NCBI GenBank assembly: GCA_048213135.1
Contig: PS015286.1
Span: 80,073-115,591 of the forward strand
Length of the DNA: 35,519 nucleotides
Direction of reading: 5' to 3'
Source of the DNA: Reclinomonas americana ATCC 50394
Taxonomy: Eukaryota
Shown: piece after piece, positions 1 to 9,700 of the stretch
How positions within the stretch are numbered: position 1 is the first letter of the stretch
Layout of the letters: every line of letters starts with the position of its first letter
Position numbers and translations under genes: made by a program
The notes under the pieces: model-generated
Seen by the model: the letters and a program-made list of their open reading frames with translations, nothing else
Told to the model about the DNA's origin: nothing
Database searches by the model: none

Positions 1-191
1 GTTAGGTTGGGGGTAGGGTTGGTCGGTACGTTAGGTTTGGTCCGTTCCTTACCTAACTAGGTCGTTCGTCGTCTTTCTTCCTTCCCCTTCCTTCTCTCTT
101 CGTTCTCTCCGTCGTCTCTCTCTCGCCTCCTCTCTCTCTCTCTCTCTCTCTCCACTCACTTGCCCTTTTTCTCCTCCTTCCCCGTTCTCAG

Positions 192-1405
192 TCACAAACG
201 GCAACTGCTGGACACGGGCTCGCCTCGCTCCGCTACTACCACCAGTTTGGTATCACCCTGGGCCTCCCGTGCACCTACATTTGCATGGGCCTGGCCCTGA
301 CACCTTCTATTACCAACGGGCTCATCCAAGCGGCTTTTGCCTTCTCGCTGGTGGTCTACATCTTTGGCATGTCGTCGCTGTGGCTATCGACAGCGGACAT
401 GGACCGACTCAGTTGCGCTTGTTTCTCATTTCCTCCACTGTGCTTCTCTCTCTAGCTCACCTCGCAGCAGACAACGAGAGTGAGCCTGTGCAGTCGCGTT
501 TGACGTTTCGTTTTGCCTTGTTTGTGGACTGCATTCCACTGTTTTGTGAGTCGCACCGTGTTCTCTCTGTGTTCGCACGCCTGCCCTCTGACTGGCGCAA
601 ACACCACAGTGTGCTGCGTCTTGCATTATGCGCTGGCCTCGATGGCCTACGGATTGGGCAGTTGCGTGTGAGAGTTGGCTTGCCTTAATGGTCCATCTGT
701 TGCTGATGATGTGTTCTATGCAGCCGCGTGGAGTTTTGGCGCTATTGAGGTGCGACCATATGTTCTCAATGGTTCGCCATTAATGCGCGTCACTCACTCT
801 CCTCCGCCGTGGCAGGCTGTGGCGTACGCCGTGGTGACAATCATTTTGCTCATGTTCGTTCGCTGTTGCGGTGGCGCGGCGGGACGCATGTCTTTTTGTG
901 ACTGGGTGGCGGTTGCCTCCATGCTCATTGGTCTGGCGTACATGGTGGCACTGACGGGCGCCTGCTTCACGTTGGTGGGAACCGTGTTTATGGTGCGTTG
1001 CTGTGCTTGAAAGAATATCGTTTGTCGTCCTTGGCTCGTGGATGTTCCTCCCTTACTTTGAAGTGCATCGTCTGTCACGTCATTTTGCTTATGGGTGTTT
1101 CTTGTGCGCTGCTGTTTCTCACTTACTTTGAAGTGTGTCATCTGTTCCTCCATCTTGCTTGGTTGTTTTGTCATGTGTTGTTGTTCTACTTTGAAGTGCA
1201 TCATCTGTCACTTCCTCTTGCTTGGTTGTTTTGTTTGCAGTGCGAAGGGTGTCTGTCAACAATCTCTTCATTTCTCTGGGGTGTGCCATACTCTGCTTGT
1301 GGGTGTTTGAGGGTATCATGTGCCACCCTATCTTGCTCTCCTCTGCTTTTCCAGAGCTCCCCTTTCTTGGGTCTCCGTGGCGCGTTGTTTCTATCTCTCT
1401 CTCTT

Positions 1406-1491
<86 letters not shown>

Positions 1492-2462
1492 NNNNNNNNN
1501 NNNNNNNNNNNNNNNNNNNNNNNNNNNNNNNNNNNNNNNNNNNNNNNNNNNNNNNNNNNNNNNNNNNNNNNNNNNNNNNNNNNNNNNNNNNNNNNNNNNN
1601 NNNNNNNNNNNNNNNNNNNNNNNNNNNNNNNNNNNNNNNNNNNNNNNNNNNNNNNNNNNNNNNNNNNNNNNNNNNNNNNNNNNNNNNNNNNNNNNNNNNN
1701 NNNNNNNNNNNNNNNNNNNNNNNNNNNNNNNNNNNNNNNNNNNNNNNNNNNNNNNNNNNNNNNNNNNNNNNNNNNNNNNNNNNNNNNNNNNNNNNNNNNN
1801 NNNNNNNNNNNNNNNNNNNNNNNNNNNNNNNNNNNNNNNNNNNNNNNNNNNNNNNNNNNNNNNNNNNNNNNNNNNNNNNNNNNNNNNNNNNNNNNNNNNN
1901 NNNNNNNNNNNNNNNNNNNNNNNNNNNNNNNNNNNNNNNNNNNNNNNNNNNNNNNNNNNNNNNNNNNNNNNNNNNNNNNNNNNNNNNNNNNNNNNNNNNN
2001 NNNNNNNNNNNNNNNNNNNNNNNNNNNNNNNNNNNNNNNNNNNNNNNNNNNNNNNNNNNNNNNNNNNNNNNNNNNNCCTGCCCGTGTCTATTTTCGCTTG
2101 AGTTTGTTCGTGGAGCCAGACATCATTCGCTTCTCCTTGTCCTTGTGCCTCATACTTCCCACCTTGCAGATGCGACTCTCCGCCATCACGCAGCGCGCAT
2201 CCGTTGCGGTGGGGGCAATCACCGGCGTGCTGATGGCGGGCTGGTGGGCCGTGATCTCTGTCATCAGCCTCACCACGCCAACTCTAGGCGTCATGCCCAA
2301 GACGGTGGCGATTGCGGTGCGCAGTCCTCGCATTTTGTCAATAGTGTCTCATCATCACCTCATTCTCGTGTCAAACAGGTCACTGCCGCGTGTTTTGCAC
2401 TGCTCCCCATCTCCTTCTTCCGCCTGATTCGGCATTTGCTGCGTTCTCAAGCCAACATGTGA
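192..2462 (+). CDS. 3' portion of an intron-containing multi-pass membrane protein gene (5' end outside the window; family not identified)
   Basis: Phase-consistent exons 192-411, about 467/470-545, 610-660, 724-749, 816-992, then (after gap 1492-2076) 2170-2316 and 2379-2462 (TGA). Spliced translation ...LRYYHQFGITLGLPCTYICMGLALTPSITNGLIQAAFAFSLVVYIFGMSSLWL...LFLCCVLHYALASMAYGLGTAWSFGAIEAVAYAVVTIILLMFV...WVAVASMLIGLAYMVALTGACFTLVGTVFM...VAVGAITGVLMAGWWAVISVISL...VTAACFALLPISFFRLIRHLLRSQANM* contains many consecutive hydrophobic helices. Confidence 0.75.
995..1345. repeat. Degenerate intronic tandem repeat, unit about 60-70 bp, 3 clear plus about 3 decayed copies
   Basis: Core tactttgaagtg(c/t)(a/g)tc(g/a)tctgt...ttgctt recurs at about 1054, 1124 and 1187. 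Confidence 0.75.
1395..1491. repeat. (TC)n microsatellite running into a gap
   Basis: Read directly from the sequence. Confidence 0.95.
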
Positions 2463-2512
2463 GCGCACGGGACACGCACGTTATCTCGGACAAGGTCGCG
2501 TTCACTGCGATA

Positions 2513-2518
2513 TTTATT
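2513..2518 (-). promoter_or_regulatory. Putative polyadenylation signal AATAAA of the HECT gene
   Basis: TTTATT on + (AATAAA on -) about 40 nt downstream of the inferred stop at 2557-2559. Confidence 0.45.
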
Positions 2519-2556
2519 GTCGAGATGCTGGCGGTACACAGCGGAGCTGGCCGCCC

Positions 2557-3709
2557 TCATTCCCATCTGCACACACACGCCAGAGTCAGTGGGTGCCGAG
2601 AACGCTGCTGATCTGAAATGAAAGGGAGCAGACGTAACTCGAATCGTTGCACGGCAAAGTCGCCTGCACACGGGAAGACACATGGTTAAGAGAGAAATCG
2701 CACATGCAAGTGCAGTGACGGGTTACTTACCATCAATGGTGACACAATTGGTGATGGCGTACTGCACAACACAAGCATTCAGGGGTCAGCACCCAGCACC
2801 ATCACGACAAACAGCAACGGCAGACTGACCAAAATGCGTTCCCGCATAATCTCAAACGTCGTATATCGCGGAAGCTCCATGGAGAAGAAACTAACACGCA
2901 AGGCGACACCGAGTGAGTGCTTCAAGCGTGGCTTACTAAAAGCAATAAGCGAGAGCTCACCAAGTATGCGAGATGGGGAGCCAGCGATCTGGGTCCGGCT
3001 TGGGCAGCAGAATGAGACGCATTTTCTCGGTCAGCACTGCCGTGTTGCTCGGCAAGCGAGAGCGGCCGTAGAGGAAGCGCAGGAATGCACTCCGTTCTGC
3101 AAGCATACAGTAAGCAACTGTCTCCTTTGCCTCTTCATCTTCTCCTACGCCAACTCACCCTCGGGAGAGAACGACTCGAGTGTGCGCCAGAACATGCGCA
3201 CCAAGTCGGAATCTTCATCAATGTTCTGGTACTGCGTGTTGCGCATGAGCACACCCACGTCAATGTCGGGCGCACCGACCACCAGCAGCTCCAACTCCTC
3301 CCACGTGAAGAGGCTCAGAAGGGCCAGAGGGCACACGGTGCCGAGGCCATCTCTGTGCACACACACAAAGTTAGTAGCAGAGAAAGATAATCTTCCTTGT
3401 CTTGATGTGACGCAACTGAATGGCCTTGACTTGCGCAGCCGACTCGCCCAGTCGTCTGGCCAGCGCGAGCTCCACATACTCGAGACGATTGGCGTACGTC
3501 ACCACGATGGAGTTGCCGCCATCTTTCAGCTCCACCACCTCGCCATTGCTGAGGGTGACGGTGAAGGTTTGCTCCACGGTGGACTGTTGAAAGGGGAAAG
3601 GGATGTGAGCTAAACTATCAATGAACAATGCTGCCACGCTCTCTGTTGGTCACAACGTGTTGGCGACAAGAAATCGACTTGTCCACCTCGCCTCACATCT
3701 CCCTCTCTC

Positions 3710-3794
<85 letters not shown>

Positions 3795-6700
3795 TTCTCA
3801 CACCCACTGTTTGACACCTCATCGTGTACGATTACGCGTAATGTGATTCAATTTTCGTATCTCCCTATGTGCGTGCGTGGGTGCGTGCCAGCTGCTATTC
3901 AACACTGATTGTGCACGGCACAGCGTTTCTCAGGCGTTCTCTTCCTTTCTACATCTCTCACACACTTCTGCTTTCTCTTCGTGTTGTGACAATCAGTGCT
4001 CTAAATAATTCTTTCCACCAGTCTCCTCTCTCTCTCCTCACAGCAAATACTCTTGTTCTGCTCGCTGGTAAGAAGTGCCAACAATGACAATTACGTGCCG
4101 GGCGAGGGACGAACACACACACAAACACACACACACACACACACGCACACATACACACACGCACACACACACATACAAAGAAACAAAAGAGGTACCGTAC
4201 GTGATAGAGCTGCAGAGCATAACGCGACGAACAACAACAGCCACCCTTTCCCTTTTTCCCCTCCCTTTCCCTCCATAGACTCACCGAGAACGCCTCGGGC
4301 GACACCGCATCTGGTCCCTCATTGCGCAGCATCTTCAAATATCGTGAGAAATTCGTGTCCACGGCCTCCACATCGCCCTGATCCACCGGCTGCTCCACCA
4401 GTGGCTTCCACACAAGCGACGGCAAGTCGAGGTTGAGGGTGTGGTTGCTGCGAATCGCCAGTCCCATGAGCATGCCGACCACGCGGTACATCTGTGGGCA
4501 GGCGTCAGTGACACGTAATATCGAAAAAGGAAGAGAGGACAAAAGCGCAACATCCAGGTGTCTGTGGAGGGCACAAGAAGCATCAGCATATGTTATTAAG
4601 GTGATACGCAACTCACACGAATTACGCACCGTTCACTCGAGCACGCCGGATTGATGATCCACTTGTCGCGGTTCACGCTGCCGTGCAGCGCATTGGGGCA
4701 CTGAATGAACAGCGGCACCGACGACGATTGCAGATCCTACACAGCGCAGGGTGAGTCACTCACTCGCAGTTATCAAGCGCTGTGGACTTCTTGCACGCAA
4801 CTGCACACATCTGGCTGATGCTCTCGCGATACAGGCCACCATAGTCGGAGCCACCTTCGCCCTCGAACTCGACGCTGCAGTCAATAAAAGCGATGAGCGA
4901 TAAAGCACATCCACTCACGCCTTGCCATTCACGAGCTCAACCCTTCGACAACAACACACCAACAAACGCACCCACACATGAAGTGCATCCATTGTTCACG
5001 AAGGATCACGCACACAGACATGCAAGCAACAACGCATAACAAAAGAATTCATAATGTATCGCGCACACGCGCGACGACAGTTACACGCATGCAGTTGCTT
5101 AGAGAAACAGAAGAAAGGCAGGCGAGCACAAGAGAGAGAGAGGAGTAAAGAAGAGACAGGGAGATAGTCGCGAGAGCGCGAGTGCAAGGTGAGCCAACAG
5201 CATCTCGGTCAGTTCTCCATCCGCTCACCAGCACCTTGCTTCACCTCAATTTCTCCTCCTCCCGTCCTCGCTCCCTTTCCCTTCCTCACTCTCCCTCCCT
5301 TCCCCCTTCCCCTCCCCTTCCCCCTTTCCCTCCCCCTTCCCCATATTCCCTCTTCCACCCACCGCCAAGCACGTCCAGTGGTATTCAGCGCAGCTGGGGG
5401 AATTGCGCGCAGCTGCGTGTACGCCTGACCAAAGATCGACATGAGGCCGTCGGGGTCTTGCTCCCGATCTGCAAAAAACCAAGTCACTAAACCACCAATC
5501 AACCGCTGCCCATCTGCAACACACGCGCGCACCATTCTTGTGCTTCAAGGCACGTGGTCTGTTGAGCTTCAAATGCACATGCCCCTCATCGCCACCCTCA
5601 CCACGACCCTCGTTGAGCAGGTGCATCTTGATCTCGCGGAAAATGAGACCGCGTAACCTCGAAACTGTCCGCACTTCGAGTCAGCACACGAGAATCACCA
5701 TCTACTCTGCACCCACAACACGCAACTCGTGTGCGACAACGATCCAGGAGGAGAACTGAGTTGCGGCCGCGCCGTACGAAGCAGCGGCATCATGCTCTCA
5801 TTGATGCGCTTCAGCAGCGCGAAATTGCGTTGCATGGTTGCCAGTGTGCACTGTGCATCGCGCCCCACTCACCATATGAGTCACACAGCTCCTTCCTCTC
5901 TCTCTCTCTCACACCAACACGAATGAACAAACCTCCTGCAGCGACGGGTACTTGGTATAATCGGAGCGCGGTACCGACAAGCTGACTGGCAACTGCGACA
6001 CGGTCAGCTCGACCGACTCGGCGAGACTGGCGTAGACGGCGTTGAGATCTTGCAGCGCGCGCACTGGCAGATTGCTGCCCTGACGGCACTCGGCGGTGCC
6101 GAAAACGCGCAGAGTCTCGTCGACAAAGTCGTCAGGGAAGCGGTCGTGGTCCACCAGCGAGAAGAGGACGTCGACCACTTGCAGCATCGGGCCGAGCCAG
6201 TTGGCGCCATCGGCCGACAGCGTCAGCACATGGTCGGCATTCGAGTGACGATCCAGACGCTTCGCTGCCAAGGCCAACTCCAGAAGCAGCGAGTAGCCGG
6301 GTGACGACAGAGCTCCCTCGTCCAGTCCCTCCACCGGCATCGACACGAATCCGTTGAAGAATGGGCGCAGGAGGGCCAGATTGATGGGCAGTGGTGTTCG
6401 CGAGGTCACTAGAGAGAGAGAGAGAGAGAGAGAGGAGGAGAGAGAGAGAGAGAAGAAGAGAGTANNNNNNNNNNNNNNNNNNNNNNNNNNNNNNNNNNNN
6501 NNNNNNNNNNNNNNNNNNNNNNNNNNNNNNNNNNNNNNNNNNNNNNNNNNNNNNNNNNNNNNNNNNNNNNNNNNNTCTCACATTCACCCATGCTCCTCGA
6601 CGGACCACACAGAAGCAAGGCCTTGCGTGTGCTCCTTCTCTCTTGCTCTCTCTCTTGCTCTCACACACACACGAACACGAACTATGCTCCTCGTTGGACC

Positions 6701-9700
6701 AACCAGTAGTGAAGTATATGCAAGCTCGTTCCTTTCTATCTCTCCACACTCTTCTTTCTCACCGTCTTACACACTCGTTGCTCTCTATCTCTCACTCACT
6801 CACTCACTCTTTCTCTCACTCACTCACTCACTCTTTCTCTCATTCACACACACACACACATAAACACACACGCGCTCTCTCTGTCTGTCTGTCTGCCTGT
6901 TGTCTCTTCCCGCACACGAATCACGCTCCTTGTCGGACTGCAGTGGCGAGACCTGATACACGTTCTCCTCTCTCTCTCTCTCTCTCTCTCTTTGTCTCTA
7001 TGCTTGTCTGCCTGTCTGTGTCTCTGCCTCACACAATGCTCTTCGTTGCTCAACGCAGTAGTAAGGCCTTACATGCCGCTCTTCTCCCCAGTTGCTCTCT
7101 CCCTCCCTCCCTCTCTCCTTTCCCTCCGCCTCTCTCTGTCCCTCTCCCTTCGCCCTCCCTCTCCCCCTCCCTCTCCCTCTCCCTCACTCCCCTATTTTCC
7201 CTTCCCGCACCATGCTCCTCATCAGACCACACAGTGGTGAGACCCTGCACCAACTGCAGCAGCATTCGCGTGGTCTCCATCAGGGCGAACCCGCGCGAGC
7301 GCTTGGCGGCCAGCACCAACGCCGCAAACAGGTCGCCGAGCGCGTCGGGGTCGTCGCTGGCCAGCACGCTGCGAACAATGTGCGGAGCTGGGAAGCTAAA
7401 CAGCGTTTCCACCGAGGCCAGCGCGAGGTCCACATCCGCCATTGTGAGCACCTGTGCCAACCACATGCGTTAGTATTGTGATAACCACAGAGGAGTGGAA
7501 CAGCATCATTACCAACCTCTGCATCCGACGCCGCCACCTTGCCAATCTCAAACACGGCAACTCGCAGAGTGGGAGGAGCATCCGCGGCTGCTGCCACCGC
7601 AGCACCTGCCGCACCCGCAGAGCCCTCAGCGTCAGATCCAGATCCCTCTGCGCTAACCTCGGCAGCCGGCGCTGGACTTGACTCGGCAGCCGCTGGGATC
7701 ACCGCACACCTGCAAATGCTTCGCATGAGGCACGGGTGTCAAACTGCCTCCAAATTCAATGAATGAAACGCAACGAGCACTTTTCACCCGGCACCGAAAA
7801 TGAAATCAGCGGATGCTTGGAGTCGAACTCGCGATACGGCCCTCCATCGACGCTCACAATCACTTTGACGTCCTTTGGCAACACATAATTGGCTGGCGTG
7901 TCAAACACAAGCAACAGCGCCACGGTCGCCTTGTCTGCCGACACCAACTCCACCACATGCGGCTCTTGCACCTGCGAGGATGAGAGAGCTGTCAGGTGAC
8001 ACACACACACACGCAGACTTTCTTTCCCCTAAAAAACACGCAACATGCAACGGCAGCACGCATGTTGTCAGCGCCGAAGGAGCGGACACTGGCGGCGCAA
8101 AGTACAACTGCAAATTGCTCGATGCCAGTCGCATCAACGACGACGCCGTGGCAGAGGCGGCCGGCGAGCCTCCCGGTGACGTTGCCAGCGACACTGAGGA
8201 GGAGGAGGAGGACACCGAGCTGCTCATGCGACCTGCGCGCAGTTCCGCATCCAGCTTCTTTCGCAGCTTGAGCAGCGCAAAGTCACGACACCGGAATTGT
8301 CTGCTCCATCGGGAAGAGTTAGGCTTGGCACCAATGCAAACGGTCTCGGCAATGACGCAACCCTGCTCCGCGGCTGATCTTTCTCGCATTCACAGTCAGT
8401 CGAGCCCACTTGCTCAAGTCGTCGAACGATCCGAAAAAGTCGTGCAACAGCTGATCGTGATCGCGCGGCCACGCCGACAGCAGCACGCCGATGAGTGCCC
8501 GACTTGCCAGCACCACTCCAGACGACGACAGCTCCGATGCTGGAGGAGGAAAAGTGAGCAGCGCGAAATGGAAGGAACGGGATGACTGACAAACGCACCG
8601 CGAGTGAGAGCGCGTCCGAGTGCCAGTCGCGAGGTCTTGGACACCACTGTGGTCCAGAGAGCCGCCGCACGACGCTGCAATCGCGCCCATATAAGAACAA
8701 GTCACATAACCAAAGGGAGCCTGCTCTCTCCACACAACTGCAGTTCCCACAATCGGCTGCCGCCTCTTGTTGTTGCCGGCATCGTAGCGCAGAACGCGCA
8801 TCGCCATTTGCTCCCATTCGAACGGCTCCGGATCCTCCACCGGGTCTTCTGCGGGTGCGGCACCTGCCCCTGCTTCCGCGCCATCGGCGTCACCCTCTCC
8901 GGAAGCTAACACGAGCTTGTCAGCAGCAGCAGCAGCAGCAGTAACGGGAATCATTCCACAGAACAAAACAAACCAGCTCGCTCAGCGTCCATCTGCCGCT
9001 GCACTTCCGGACCGTACTCCAGGATCCAGTTGACGGCCTCGTCCAGGTTGCGCGTCTGTTGGATGGCACGCTCCGACAACTCGGCCGAGTAGCCGAGCGA
9101 CATGAGCATCGCCAGACCGTGCTGTGATGGCACAGTGAGACGCAAGAAACAGGCAAGCGACCTGCACGAGACACACCTCTCGCTGCTCGTCTCGCACCGC
9201 CTCCTGTTGCTGCTGCGTGAACAGCCACTCCACAGCTGCCTCGGGACTGCCGCCAGAGCGCGCCAGTGCCTCAAGCACCCGCTGTCGCGAAAAGTCACCA
9301 AACGCCTGCAGTTGTGCCACGAGTGCCTCGCTGTGCGACACACAATGACAAGACATGAGAGAGGGAGCACTGCGACTGTGATCTCGCAACACGTCACGCA
9401 ACTCGACAGGTGGAGCAGGCCGTGCCTCTGGAGCGGGAACATTGCGACCCTACGTGGAGGCCAAAGTCAGAGATGCAAGGAGATGCAGAAACAGTCAACA
9501 CGACAACAAACCCCAGGAGCACCAGCCGCGCCAGCAGCCGCAGCCGCAGCAGCAGCAGCAGCACGGGCGTGCTCACGCTCATCACGCTGTCGCAGTGCAT
9601 CCGCATGAGTTGTCAACCACATGGCGGCGGCTTCGGAGTTTCCGCGCTCCTTCTTCAACGCCTGCGAAACTCACATTTAGTCTGCTGTCATGCAAAGGAG

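Noticed and set aside
1-70. gttaggttgggggtagggtt... looks telomere-like
   Set aside because: There is no regular TTAGGG-type array. It lies just upstream of a splice acceptor and resembles low-quality contig-end sequence.
3410-3417. Alternative reading of the shifted donors as non-canonical G|TT introns
   Set aside because: Keeping frame would force the 3' cut one base past the AG at every such intron. The GT..AG reading needs no such assumption, though only junction reads can formally exclude it.
2834-3613. 259-aa + strand ORF antisense to the HECT exons
   Set aside because: A shadow ORF of GC-rich coding sequence with no recognisable motif. The - strand fully explains the region.
7069-7071. 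TAA aligned with a CAG (Gln) codon in an exon-end copy, hinting at stop-codon reassignment
   Set aside because: It lies in an intronic repeat copy. No in-frame TAA or TAG was needed in the more than 12 kb of spliced coding sequence I traced, so there is no support for a variant genetic code.
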